Positions 40,684 to 50,857 of a stretch of DNA of 64,000 nt are shown here, piece by piece. The position numbers and the translations under genes were made by a program. Below the pieces are notes generated by a model that made no database searches, was not told where the DNA came from, and worked only from the letters and a program-made list of their open reading frames with translations. The DNA is from Dolichospermum compactum NIES-806 (lineage in GTDB: Bacteria > Cyanobacteriota > Cyanobacteriia > Cyanobacteriales > Nostocaceae), in assembly GCF_002368115.1 (NCBI RefSeq), contig NZ_AP018316.1:305344-369343 (forward strand). Reading direction: 5' to 3'. Each line of letters starts with the position of its first letter. The first letter of the stretch is position 1.

Positions 40684-41970
40684 TTACACACTTACAGCCG
40701 CAACTTGATAAACCTGTTCAGCAACTTTCGCTAAACGCTGCATACCGACAGTAATTTCCTCATCACTACCAGTCAAACTAATTCGCAGACATTGGTGTTT
40801 GTGTTCCCAATCCTCCTTTAAACCGGGAAAGAAACTACTACCAGGAACAACAATCACACCCACCTTCTTTAATTCCTGGTAAAATTCCCAATCAGTCATG
40901 GGTAGATCTTGCAACCACAACCATCCAAAAATAGCTCCTTCACCGCGATGTAAGAACCAAGGTATACTTTTCGGAATAGCCGCTTCCAATGTACTTTCTA
41001 AAACATCAAACTTTTGTTGATAGAAAGGACGAATCACATTTTCCGCAATATGGGCTAATATCCCTGATTCTATCGCGCGGGCGGCGATCGCTTGACCATA
41101 TCGAGAAGAATGAATCCCCACATTGGTTTGGAAACATTCCAAAACTTGAATTAGGTTTTCATCCCCAATAGCCACCCCAATCCGTTCCCCAGGCAAACCT
41201 GCTTTTGATAAACTCATACAGTGGAGAATATTTTCCCCAAATACCGGAGTCATTTCTGTAAAGTTCAACGCTGGGAAAGGAGGTGCATAAGCAGAATCAA
41301 TCAGCACAGGCACATTATAAGGTGCAGCTAAAGCGGTAATCTTATTCACCTCATCATTAGTTAAAACATTACCCGTCGGATTACAAGGACGGGAAAAAAT
41401 CACACAACCAGTATTTTCTGTAATTGAAAGTTGGTTAAAATCAGGGCGATATTTAAATCTGTGTGCGGCTGTATCAATATCTAGAGTAGGCTTATAAGCA
41501 ACTAAAGCCTCTGGAAACAAACAAACTCCACCATAACCAGTATAATCTGGACTTAACGGCAGGACAATTTCTTTCAAACCGCCATTACCAGTATAGCCAC
41601 CAAAAGCGTTAGCGGCATAAAAATAGATAGTTTGACTACCCGCAGTAATTAAAATGTTCCGCTCAGTTAAACTTAACCCATAACGCTGGTTAAAGTCCTT
41701 GACAATTGCCTCAATTAATGGTGAATAACCTTGACTTGAACCATAACGACAAACAACTTCACCATATTCAGAACTAGCTAATAAATCTGCCGTACAATCC
41801 CGCCATAACTTTTCTACCTCTGGTAAAATCAACGGATTGCCAGCGCTCAAATTATATAATTCCTGTCCCTTACTAGCTCTGAGGGTTTCGTTAATATCTT
41901 TCATAATCGCTCTTACGCCAGTTAAGTTAGACATCTGAGCGCCAATTTTCGTAAGGGCAGGTTTTATCAT
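40684..41970 (-). CDS. PLP-dependent class I/II aminotransferase, valine-pyruvate transaminase-like
   Basis: 428 aa. SLSKAGLPGERIG contains the SxSK PLP-lysine motif. The overall layout resembles AvtA-type enzymes. The downstream M (MSNLTG...) is an alternative start. Confidence 0.65.
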   Translation of the reverse strand: MIKPALTKIGAQMSNLTGVRAIMKDINETLRASKGQELYNLSAGNPLILPEVEKLWRDCTADLLASSEYGEVVCRYGSSQGYSPLIEAIVKDFNQRYGLSLTERNILITAGSQTIYFYAANAFGGYTGNGGLKEIVLPLSPDYTGYGGVCLFPEALVAYKPTLDIDTAAHRFKYRPDFNQLSITENTGCVIFSRPCNPTGNVLTNDEVNKITALAAPYNVPVLIDSAYAPPFPALNFTEMTPVFGENILHCMSLSKAGLPGERIGVAIGDENLIQVLECFQTNVGIHSSRYGQAIAARAIESGILAHIAENVIRPFYQQKFDVLESTLEAAIPKSIPWFLHRGEGAIFGWLWLQDLPMTDWEFYQELKKVGVIVVPGSSFFPGLKEDWEHKHQCLRISLTGSDEEITVGMQRLAKVAEQVYQVAAVSV

Positions 41971-42203
41971 GTTTGTTATAGACTTACTTAATCGTCAAAG
42001 TGGATAGATGATTGGGTGGTTGCAGCTAAGACAAAATTTATTATAGTTGCCAAAACAGCGAATACCTTTAACCAATCTAAACTAATGAATGCGATTTTAA
42101 CAAAATCTGATAGTTAATAAAGCCCCACTGGTGAAGGTGGGGGATTTCTTATGTGATAGGTATTAATGTACTATAAATAAAATCACTTGACAAGCAAATA
42201 TTG

Positions 42204-42363
42204 GGCGTTGCTGATTAAGGGTATGAATTTTAGTCTCACGCAAAGGCGAGGCAGCGCGGTCTTGGGGGTTTCCCCCATGAGCGACTGCCGTAGCAAAGAC
42301 GCACTGAGGTTTGAGTTTTAAAGATTCAATTTGGGAATTTCATACCTCAATTCAGCAACGCCG
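42204..42363. mobile_element. MITE family B, copy 1 (terminal inverted repeats GGCGTTGCTGA(A)TT; carries a ~45-bp nested insertion relative to copy 2)
   Basis: ggcgttgctgattaagggtatgaattt ... aaatttcatacctcaattcagcaacgcc. The interior is collinear with 60452-60566 (reverse orientation) except for an extra gaggcagcgcggtcttgggggtttcccccatgagcgactgccgtag. Confidence 0.6.
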
Positions 42364-42401
42364 AAAAAACATTTCGTGAGGTGGGTGAAAAAATGAATTT
42401 T

Positions 42402-42560
42402 TTGGTGCTTGAGTTTAATGGTGAAGGGAATCACGTCCATGCACTGATTGAATATCCTGCTAAATTATCCGTTTCTCAAATAGTAAATGCCCTAAAAGGC
42501 GTATCCAGCCGCAGATATGGACAAGCCGGATATAAAACTTTGCTTCTTTGCGCCTTTGCG
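42402..42560 (+). pseudogene. IS200/IS605-family TnpA (HuH Y1 transposase) fragment
   Basis: ...LVLEFNGEGNHVHALIEYPAKLSVSQIVNALKGVSSRRYGQ matches the HuH-motif region (DHVHLLIE.PPK.SVS..V..LKG.SSR) of IS200 transposases. The first ~60 residues of a full TnpA are absent, and the frame then runs antisense into hemW. Confidence 0.55.
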
Positions 42561-42574
42561 CGAAATAAAATTCA

Positions 42575-43759
42575 TCATTCTCCTAACTTTTCAAACAACT
42601 TCGCTAACATCACATTAGAAAATATAAAACCATCGGGATCGCTAAAACGCAACCTATCCCCAACAATCTTTACCCAACCGTGAACAAAGTATGGTTGCAA
42701 AGAGCTTTGAATTTTCTCTACTTGATGATTGCCAAAGTTTGCGGCTAGGGAATTTAAACTGATTCCTTCGGCTAACCGTAACCCTAACATGAGAGTTTCC
42801 AATAAAACATCTGCCTGTGGGGTGACTTCACAATCAATCACAGCACCGTTTTTTAACCATTGGTAATATTCCTGGGTTTTGCGGGGACGGGTGAAGCGTT
42901 TACCATGAATATAGCTGGCTGCACCCATACCAAAACCATAATAAGGGCGATTTTGCCAATAAACTCGATTATGCTGGCATTGGTGTCCTGGTTGGGCATA
43001 GTTGGAAATTTCGTAATGTTCGTACCCAGCATCTGTTAAGGTTTTTTGCCCCATTTGATACATTTTGACTGTGGTTTCATCTGTGGGTAAAGGATGATCT
43101 CCCGGTTTGTAATAACGATTGAAGGCTGTTCCCGGTTCAATGGTCAGGTCATAGATGGAAATGTGAGTTGGTGTGGCTGCTACAGCTTGGGTTAAGGAAT
43201 CTTGCCATTGTTCTAAAGATTGATGCGGTAAGCCAGAAATTAAGTCTAAGCTAAATTCGGGAATCTCGACCTTGTGAATTAACTCTATAGCTGTAAATAT
43301 ATCTACAAGGGAATGCGATCGCCCAGCAGTTTTTAACAATTCTTCTTGAAAGGCTTGAACACCTAAACTGACCCGATTTACTCCTGAGTTACGATAACCG
43401 GCGATATGTGCGAAATCAAAAGTCCCTGGGTCAATTTCCATAGAAGTTTCTACCTTAGAGGCAATGCCAAATCGCTGTTCTAAGGTTGTCAATATAGATT
43501 GCAACTGTGCTGTTGATAATAACGAAGGAGTCCCACCACCAAAAAAAATTGTTTCTAAAGGTTGACCATAAGTTGGTGCAATCCTGATTTCTTGACATAA
43601 AACTTCAACATATTCGCCAATTGTCCCAGAATTTTCTCCCCGTGAGCGATCGCCCACCACAAATACCGGAAAATCGCAATAAAAACACCGTCGCCGACAA
43701 AAGGGAATATGCACATAAGCAGAACGGGGAATCCCCCAACCAACATCTTTTTGACTCAT
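42575..43759 (-). CDS. hemW: radical SAM heme chaperone HemW (HemN-like, oxygen-independent coproporphyrinogen oxidase family)
   Basis: YVHIPFCRRRCFYCDFPV (the CxxxCxxC radical-SAM motif), GGGTPSLL, and a HemN C-domain; 394 aa. Confidence 0.85.
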   Translation of the reverse strand: MSQKDVGWGIPRSAYVHIPFCRRRCFYCDFPVFVVGDRSRGENSGTIGEYVEVLCQEIRIAPTYGQPLETIFFGGGTPSLLSTAQLQSILTTLEQRFGIASKVETSMEIDPGTFDFAHIAGYRNSGVNRVSLGVQAFQEELLKTAGRSHSLVDIFTAIELIHKVEIPEFSLDLISGLPHQSLEQWQDSLTQAVAATPTHISIYDLTIEPGTAFNRYYKPGDHPLPTDETTVKMYQMGQKTLTDAGYEHYEISNYAQPGHQCQHNRVYWQNRPYYGFGMGAASYIHGKRFTRPRKTQEYYQWLKNGAVIDCEVTPQADVLLETLMLGLRLAEGISLNSLAANFGNHQVEKIQSSLQPYFVHGWVKIVGDRLRFSDPDGFIFSNVMLAKLFEKLGE

Positions 43760-44001
43760 TCTGAAAAATAGTGAAGTTAATTTAATCTGACTGTTAAAAA
43801 TAATGAAAATGAGGAGTTAGTTTACAACTTTTTATCCTTTTTCCCTAAAAATAAAAATAATATGCAGTAAAAACCCTTTAGTTATAATGTTGGCATATTC
43901 TGTCTGCCTGAACAGCTAAAATGATTCCATCACTAAAAAGGACTCAAGCAAGCATACTTTACTTTATCGAATAAATATCGTTGTAGGAACATAACACAAC
44001 C

Positions 44002-45078
44002 ATGCTGGATGTCATTATTATTCTCTCATTTATCTTGGCAGTGGCGGGGATAGGTTATTTCAGCACTGATCTACTCCCCCCAGGTACTCTCACTGGAGTT
44101 ACCAATTTAGATGCCTTACGCTTAATTCTAGCCGTGTTTGCTGCCATTATTGGTGGTGCAGTCGGGCTGAGTTTCCAGACTACATACCGTCGTCTAGAGT
44201 CGCAAGTTCGGGAAATGCCTCTAGAAGTTATTTTAACCCGTGCCATTGGTTTAGTAATTGGGCTATTACTCGCCAATCTCATGTTAGCGCCGCTATTTTT
44301 ATTACCCATTCCCTCAGATTTTGGCTTTATCAAACCTCTTGTCGCTGTTGTTGGTAGTATCATCCTCTCTGTGACAGGGATGAATTTGGCAGATACTCAC
44401 GGACGAGGTTTGTTAAGGTTAATTAACCCCAATACTGTTGAAAGCATGGTGGTGGAAGGAACTCTCAAACCTGCCAACACCAAAGTTTTAGATACTAGCT
44501 GCATTATAGATGGACGCATTGAAACATTACTAGAAACAGGATTTTTAGAAGGTTTAATTCTTGTCCCTCAATTTGTTTTACAAGAATTACAACAAGTGGC
44601 TGATGCGAGTAAGGATCAAAAGCGGGTGAGAGGAAGAAGAGGACTAGAAATTCTCAACCGCATTCGGGAAATTTATCCAGAACGCATTTTAATTAACCCT
44701 GTAGACTATGAAGACACTCCTACTGTTGATGCTAAATTAGTCCGTTTTGCTCAAGAAATCAATGGGACATTACTTACCAATGATTACAATTTATCTAAAG
44801 TCGCCAGTGTACAAAAAGTCCCAGTTTTGAATGTTCACGATTTAGTAAATGCCGTCCGTCCGACCTATTTACCTGGTGATAATCTGGATTTGAAAATTCT
44901 CAAAGAAGGAAAAGAACCAACTCAAGGCATTGGCTATTTAGATGATGGAACAATGGTAGTAGTTGAAGAAGGTAGAGGTTATGTCGGTGGTGAATTGCGA
45001 GTAGTAGTTACCAGCGCCTTACAAACCTCCGCTGGGAGGATGATTTTTGCCAAACCCCAAGCTTCCGCCTTAGCGTAA
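44002..45078 (+). CDS. PIN/TRAM domain membrane protein (YacL-like)
   Basis: Four N-terminal TM helices, a PIN domain (VLDTSCIIDGRIETLLETGFLEG...LTNDYNL), and a C-terminal TRAM-like beta region (GIGYLDDGTMVVVEEGRGYVGGELRVVVTSALQTSAGRMIFA). Confidence 0.75.
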   Translation: MLDVIIILSFILAVAGIGYFSTDLLPPGTLTGVTNLDALRLILAVFAAIIGGAVGLSFQTTYRRLESQVREMPLEVILTRAIGLVIGLLLANLMLAPLFLLPIPSDFGFIKPLVAVVGSIILSVTGMNLADTHGRGLLRLINPNTVESMVVEGTLKPANTKVLDTSCIIDGRIETLLETGFLEGLILVPQFVLQELQQVADASKDQKRVRGRRGLEILNRIREIYPERILINPVDYEDTPTVDAKLVRFAQEINGTLLTNDYNLSKVASVQKVPVLNVHDLVNAVRPTYLPGDNLDLKILKEGKEPTQGIGYLDDGTMVVVEEGRGYVGGELRVVVTSALQTSAGRMIFAKPQASALA

Positions 45079-45222
45079 GGAATATGGCACGGAAAAATCG
45101 AGTTAAACTATGTAATCGGTGTGGGGAAACTGCACCGATCTTATATAGGGTTAAATATCTAGTACAGGTCGGCGGAAATAAATAGACCATTCCAAACTAC
45201 TGGAAAGCTCATTGTATATTCG

Positions 45223-45257
45223 TTTTGACTTTTGACTTTTGACTTTTGACTTTTGAC
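45223..45257. repeat. STRR (TTTTGAC)x5
   Basis: A visible tandem heptamer. The same unit occurs four times at about 62467-62494. Confidence 0.7.
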
Positions 45258-45413
45258 GAACGCGAAGCGGTACTAGAAGGGGGGACTGGATTTTTGTTTA
45301 TTCTCAATCTTGGTCTTCTGTAAGCAACAATAATTTATTTTATGTTTATGGTGGAACTTGGAAATCAAGTTTCATGATTGCCTGAGTGTCAGATGGTTGA
45401 TATTCTCTGACTA

Positions 45414-46223
45414 TCATTGTTTTGTTTGCACAGGTTTGATATTTTTGGCTTTATAAAATGTTTCTAAACTATCAGTATCGCCTACAAAACGCCAATGCCA
45501 AGGTTCATAACTGACACCTTGAAGATTATCTTTAGGAAAGGAAATTTCAAAACTAAACTTGGCCGCATTAGCTTGTAACCACTGATAAGCTTTGGTATTA
45601 TCAAAATTCGCTTGAAGGTTTGTGGCTGGGACTGTGCGATCGCCAATATCCACCGCATAACCTGTATGATGTTCACTATGATTTGGTGGTGCGCTCAGGG
45701 CGGCTCTTTCTGCCGGAGTTTGATTACGCTGTGCGCTTACACCGAAAAACAACTGCTTTTGCTCCTGTACAGAACGAAAACCAGAAAGTGGCACTAAATT
45801 TACACCTGCACTTCTAGCAGCTTGTACCATTGCTTGAAACTTAACAGCAGCAGCTTTTCGCATTTTGATTCTACCGTCACTAGTAATTGGGGCTAATTCT
45901 GATGCTGGTGCTTCTGAGTAAGGAAAATGTCCCAACACTGTATCATTATCATTATCACTAACTGGAGTATTGGTAGCTACAGGTGTAGAACTAATTGGTG
46001 TAGCTAGAGAATTAGCAGTTGGCTTAGGTGTCGTCAACGAGAACAAAAAACCACTAGTCACAGCCAGCAGCAAAAATCCTGTTAATCCACCTATAATGAA
46101 AATCACAGGTTGGACTTTGATCTTACTTCCTGCATCATTTGTATCGCGTAAAGCTACTGGGATATCATCACCAGAGAGAGGGTAGGAATTGTGCGGTTTT
46201 TTAGGAAACCCAGCTTTATTCAA
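45414..46223 (-). CDS. M15-family D-alanyl-D-alanine carboxypeptidase (VanY-like)
   Basis: An N-terminal TM anchor, then SGFRSVQEQ...HSEHHTGYAVDIGD...EPWHWRF, the zinc-binding H/D/H motifs of M15B peptidases. Confidence 0.75.
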   Translation of the reverse strand: MNKAGFPKKPHNSYPLSGDDIPVALRDTNDAGSKIKVQPVIFIIGGLTGFLLLAVTSGFLFSLTTPKPTANSLATPISSTPVATNTPVSDNDNDTVLGHFPYSEAPASELAPITSDGRIKMRKAAAVKFQAMVQAARSAGVNLVPLSGFRSVQEQKQLFFGVSAQRNQTPAERAALSAPPNHSEHHTGYAVDIGDRTVPATNLQANFDNTKAYQWLQANAAKFSFEISFPKDNLQGVSYEPWHWRFVGDTDSLETFYKAKNIKPVQTKQ

Positions 46224-46287
46224 GTTTTTGCTCCTGTTTGTGTTTAATAGTTATTAAAGAAGAAAAGAGTTTTTTTAATTCTTAATT

Positions 46288-47223
46288 TTGAATTATGGTG
46301 TAATTTTGATAAATCTTTTAGAACTATATATCAAGTTAGTGGGATTAATCCTAGTGGGATTTATACTGGGACGTAAACTGCCTAATAATACTTCGACTTA
46401 CGTAGGTCAGTTTCTCTATTGCGTGGGAGTACCCATCAGTATTATTGGTTTTTTAATACAAACAGATTTATCAGGACAGATTTGGATTGCACCGATAATA
46501 GCTCATTTTGCCATCTTTTTGGGGGCATTATTAGCTTGGTTAAGAATCAAAGCCCAAGCCTATCTTACTCATTCAGTTCCCCCCGCTACAACTCAAGGTA
46601 GTTTGATTCTAGCAGCAATGGTAGGTAATACAGGTTATCTGGGTTTTCCCATTACTTTAGCAATGGTAGGTAAAGAATATTTTGCCTGGGCTTTATTTTA
46701 CGATATGTTGGGTTCGCTGTTTGGAGCTTATGGTTTAGGTGTGTTTCTTGCTGCTAAGTTTGGTAATAATATCCAAAATCAGATGCAAATAGCAAAGGTA
46801 ATTTTGATTAATCCGGCTTTATGGAGTTTTGGATTTGGCTTATTATTGCATCAAGTTACCCTTCCCTCCCCAGTGGTATTTTGTTTGGAGAAATTGGCTT
46901 GGGGTGCAGTTGCCTTATCTTTGATGTTAATTGGTATGAGACTTTCCCAACTAAAATCTTGGCGAAAATTACCAGAAGCAGGAAGTAGTGTGTTCATTAA
47001 AATGCTATTAGTGCCGATGATTTTAGGTAGTATGCTATCGCTGTTTGGGGTGACAGGTAATGCAGCACAGGTGATAGTTTTGCAAATGGGTATGCCTCCA
47101 GCTTTGGCTACTTTGGTAATAGCAGAAACCTTTGATTTGGATAGAGATTTGGCTGTTACTGCTTTAGCTATGGGGATGATAGTTTTGTTGTTTACTCTTC
47201 CTGTTTGGTTATGGTTGTTTTGA
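46288..47223 (+). CDS. AEC (auxin efflux carrier) family transporter
   Basis: 311 aa with about 10 TM segments in a 5+5 arrangement and a central hydrophilic loop. The N-terminal YIKLVGLILVGFILGR is typical. Confidence 0.7.
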   Translation: MNYGVILINLLELYIKLVGLILVGFILGRKLPNNTSTYVGQFLYCVGVPISIIGFLIQTDLSGQIWIAPIIAHFAIFLGALLAWLRIKAQAYLTHSVPPATTQGSLILAAMVGNTGYLGFPITLAMVGKEYFAWALFYDMLGSLFGAYGLGVFLAAKFGNNIQNQMQIAKVILINPALWSFGFGLLLHQVTLPSPVVFCLEKLAWGAVALSLMLIGMRLSQLKSWRKLPEAGSSVFIKMLLVPMILGSMLSLFGVTGNAAQVIVLQMGMPPALATLVIAETFDLDRDLAVTALAMGMIVLLFTLPVWLWLF

Positions 47224-47286
47224 AAATAAGTATCTTACCTGTACCCAATTCTGGGATGATGTATTAAAAACAATTCTAATCGCTCA

Positions 47287-48981
47287 ATGCCTAAGCCGAA
47301 TACCACAGCCCAAAAGACTCAAATCATTGAAGTTTTGACACGGGATTATTTTCCGATGATCCCTCAACTTCAGAGAAATTGGACACCAGAACAACATTAT
47401 AAAAATCGTTTAAGTCGTTCTTTGGCTGCATTTGCGATCGCTAATCTTGCTGATCTTACTCCTTCTCAAGCTGCTCACTCGATTATCAATGGAGGAGATG
47501 ATAATGGTATTGATGCAGTTTATTTTGATCGGGTTAATAATCGGCTTTGGTTAGTACAGGCTAAAGCGGGGAAAGCCCCAAATATGGGTGATAATAAGAA
47601 ATTCTGTGATGGAATTAGGGATCTTGTCCATAAACGGTTTCAAAAATTTAATTCCAGTTTTTCACGCTTACAGCATGATGTTGAAGATGCTTTAGACAGA
47701 AATGGAGTCAAAATAGTTGGTTGTAATATATATTTAGATGAAAGTTTGGGTTCTCATGTAGTTAATGATCTCAATCAATTAGAAAATGAACTAAATAAGT
47801 TTGATTCGCGTTTTCAATGGCAAGATTTGAATATTAAAAATATTTATGGATGGTTGACAGCAAAACAAGAAAATGTACCTATTGAGGTTAAATTGACTTT
47901 AGAAAAATGGAATTGTTTAGAACAGCCCAGAAAAGCTTTTTATGGATTAGTGAATGCTGCTGAACTAGCAGATTTATATAAACAGCATAATAAATTATTA
48001 TTCGAGAGAAATATCCGTTATTACCTGGGTACAGAAGATGTTAACCTAGCAATTGCTGAAACTGTTAAAGAACAACCATCAGAACTTTTTTATCTCAATA
48101 ATGGATTAACTATTACTTGTGCAAAAGTTAGTTTACCATCTGGACACAATCAGGACTCAACTCAATTTACTTTAGAGGGGTTTTCGATAGTCAATGGAGC
48201 GCAAACAGTGGGATCTATTGCATCTGTATTTAATGACAATCGTGCAATATCTCCCAATGACAATCGTGCAATATCTCCCAATGCAAAATTATTAGTTACC
48301 ATCATTGAAGTAGGCACACAATCAGATACTATAGGTATAGAAATTACCAAAGCGAGAAATACACAAAATACAGTCCGTGATATTTATTTTGCAGCATTAG
48401 ATCCCAATCAGGAACGGTTGCGGCAAGAATGTATGGTATCAAATATTGTTTATCAATATCGTCCATCAGCAGATAATCAAGATGCTATTACCATTGAACA
48501 AGCTGCAATAGCACTTGCTTGTTTTAGTGGTAATGCTGAAATAATTGTTGCAGCTAAGAAAAACTTGAATCTTTTGTATAAGGATCATTATTCTACACTT
48601 TTTAGTAATGAACTTTCAGGAATTACACTTTGTCGTTATGTGCGTATATTTCAATATCTTGATCAGATTTTTGAAGATTCTCGCAAAGCAGAAACAGAAA
48701 CTCGACGTAAAAATTTCTATCAACATGGTAGATTGTTTATATTAGATATTTTATCAAGACGCTATAAATCTCTAATCAATAAACCAGAAGTTAATTTATC
48801 TCAAGATTACTTGACTGAGTTTTCCAGAATTGGTATAGAAATTGCTGAGTTAATTTATACTCTTGCTGAATCTCAGTTTGCTAGTGATGAAAAGGGCTAT
48901 CTTGCTATTTTTAGAAGTTTAACTGATGTTAAGTCTCTAACCAGTGCGGTGATGCAAGAATTGGCTAACAAGGATGCTTAG
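47287..48981 (+). CDS. AIPR-family protein (abortive infection phage resistance, AbiV-like)
   Basis: 564 aa. The central ...LFYLNNGLTITCAKV...FSIVNGAQTVGSI... matches the AIPR core (PF10592-like). Contains an in-frame perfect 24-bp tandem duplication at 48232-48279 (NDNRAISP x2). Confidence 0.7.
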   Translation: MPKPNTTAQKTQIIEVLTRDYFPMIPQLQRNWTPEQHYKNRLSRSLAAFAIANLADLTPSQAAHSIINGGDDNGIDAVYFDRVNNRLWLVQAKAGKAPNMGDNKKFCDGIRDLVHKRFQKFNSSFSRLQHDVEDALDRNGVKIVGCNIYLDESLGSHVVNDLNQLENELNKFDSRFQWQDLNIKNIYGWLTAKQENVPIEVKLTLEKWNCLEQPRKAFYGLVNAAELADLYKQHNKLLFERNIRYYLGTEDVNLAIAETVKEQPSELFYLNNGLTITCAKVSLPSGHNQDSTQFTLEGFSIVNGAQTVGSIASVFNDNRAISPNDNRAISPNAKLLVTIIEVGTQSDTIGIEITKARNTQNTVRDIYFAALDPNQERLRQECMVSNIVYQYRPSADNQDAITIEQAAIALACFSGNAEIIVAAKKNLNLLYKDHYSTLFSNELSGITLCRYVRIFQYLDQIFEDSRKAETETRRKNFYQHGRLFILDILSRRYKSLINKPEVNLSQDYLTEFSRIGIEIAELIYTLAESQFASDEKGYLAIFRSLTDVKSLTSAVMQELANKDA

Positions 48982-49163
48982 AAGATGTTGGGAAATTAGT
49001 AGATATGAAAAACCTAACCCCCCTACCCCCCTTCCCTACAAGGGAAGGGGGATTACCAAAAAATATTGAGTATTCATTTTTATTCTTTTTCCCTCTCCTT
49101 GTAGGAGAGGGTAAGGGAGAGGTTTTTTAATATTTAACATTTGAGATAAAAGCTAAACTAATT

Positions 49164-50843
49164 ATGACTAAAAAACAGAGACTAGAACTTACATGGATTG
49201 GTAAAGAAATTCGCCCCAAATTAGAACCGCGAATTTTGCTGGAAGATTCTGAAAAATCTTATCATGCTACACATCGAGTCTGTGAAAATGATATTTTTGA
49301 TAATCGTTTAATTCGTGGAGATAACTTATTAGCTCTCAAGGCTTTAGAACAGGAATTTACAGGAAAAGTTAAATGTATTTTTATTGATCCTCCCTATAAT
49401 ACTGGTAACGCATTTCCCAACTACTATGATGATGGTTTAGAGCATTCCCGTTGGCTTTCTTTAATGAAAGATCGTTTAGAAATTATCTATAAGTTATTAT
49501 CAGAAGATGGATCTTTATGGATAACAATTGATGATAATGAAGCACATTATTTAAAAGTAATGTGTGATGAAATTTTTGGAAGGAACTGTTTCATCACTTC
49601 ATTTATATGGAAAAAGGTGGATAGCCCTAATGATAATAAAGTTCCAATTACACCTGATCATGAATACGTTCTCTGTTTCGCTAAAAATCCCAACTTAGTT
49701 AAATTTAAACAGAAACCTGATGACTCAATTCTCGAAGCTTATAGAAACCTTGATTCAGAGTCAGATCGTCCCTACAAAGATCGATTATTAAAAAAGAATG
49801 GCAAAAGCAGTCTTAGATCAGATAGACCATCAATGTTTTTCCCTGTTATTGCACCTGATGGCACAGAAGTTTTCCCAATTCATGATGATGGTAGAGAAGC
49901 TTGCTGGGCAATGGGGAAAAAAGGGGTTGAAGATTTAGTAGCCAAAGGAAATTTAATTTGGAAACAGCGTGAACAAAACGGTATAAAGCGATGGATTCCA
50001 TACACAAGAGAATTTGCACCAGACAACCCTTCTCGTCCATATCCAACAATTTGGAATGATTTGGATACTACAAGACAAACAAAAGCACACCAAAAGACGT
50101 TGTTTGGAGAAAATCAAGTATTTGATACACCAAAACCAGAAAATCTCATTTGCCGTATTTTACAAATGTCTACAGAAAGCGGTGATTTAGTATTAGATTC
50201 CTTTGCAGGTTCAGGAACAACAGGTGCAGTTGCACACAAAATGGGAAGACGCTGGATCATGATTGAACTAGGAGAACATTGTCATACCCATATCATTCCC
50301 CGACTTAAAAAAGTAATTGATGGCGAAGATCAAGGTGGCATTAGCAAAGCAGTAAACTGGAAAGCTGGCGGCGGATTTCGTTATTATCGCCTTGCACCAT
50401 CACTGTTAGAAAAAGACAAATGGGGTAACTGGATTATTAATAAAGAATATAACCCCGCCATGTTAGCCGAAGCACTCTGCAAAATTGAAGGCTTTACATA
50501 CTCACCATCAGATACATTTTATTGGCAACATGGTTATTCTACAGAACGAGATTTTATTTATGTCACTACCCAAAATCTCAGTCATGAACAATTATCTCAA
50601 CTTGCTGATGAAGTAGGACAAGAACGCACATTATTAGTTTTATGTAGTGCTTTTCGTGGCAAAGTTGATACATTCCCAAATCTGACCATTAAAAAAATTC
50701 CTCAACAAATTCTTTCACGTTGTGAATGGGGACACGATGATTACAGTTTAAAAACTGAAAACCTGCCTAAAGCAACTCCAAAAATTGAACAACCATCACC
50801 ACAAAAACCACAACAACAGCATATACAACAATCATTATTTTAG
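49164..50843 (+). CDS. mod: Type III restriction-modification methyltransferase (Mod subunit, beta-class N6-adenine)
   Basis: Motif IV IFIDPPYNTGN precedes motif I DSFAGSGTTGAVA, the circularly permuted beta order. A variable middle region is consistent with a target-recognition domain. 559 aa. Confidence 0.85.
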   Translation: MTKKQRLELTWIGKEIRPKLEPRILLEDSEKSYHATHRVCENDIFDNRLIRGDNLLALKALEQEFTGKVKCIFIDPPYNTGNAFPNYYDDGLEHSRWLSLMKDRLEIIYKLLSEDGSLWITIDDNEAHYLKVMCDEIFGRNCFITSFIWKKVDSPNDNKVPITPDHEYVLCFAKNPNLVKFKQKPDDSILEAYRNLDSESDRPYKDRLLKKNGKSSLRSDRPSMFFPVIAPDGTEVFPIHDDGREACWAMGKKGVEDLVAKGNLIWKQREQNGIKRWIPYTREFAPDNPSRPYPTIWNDLDTTRQTKAHQKTLFGENQVFDTPKPENLICRILQMSTESGDLVLDSFAGSGTTGAVAHKMGRRWIMIELGEHCHTHIIPRLKKVIDGEDQGGISKAVNWKAGGGFRYYRLAPSLLEKDKWGNWIINKEYNPAMLAEALCKIEGFTYSPSDTFYWQHGYSTERDFIYVTTQNLSHEQLSQLADEVGQERTLLVLCSAFRGKVDTFPNLTIKKIPQQILSRCEWGHDDYSLKTENLPKATPKIEQPSPQKPQQQHIQQSLF

Positions 50844-50857
50844 ATGGATAACATACA

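Noticed and set aside
42381-42683. 100-aa ORF treated as an intact gene
   Set aside because: Only about 45 residues resemble an IS200 TnpA. The first ~60 residues of a full TnpA are missing, and the 3' half is antisense to hemW. It is reported instead as a tnpA remnant.
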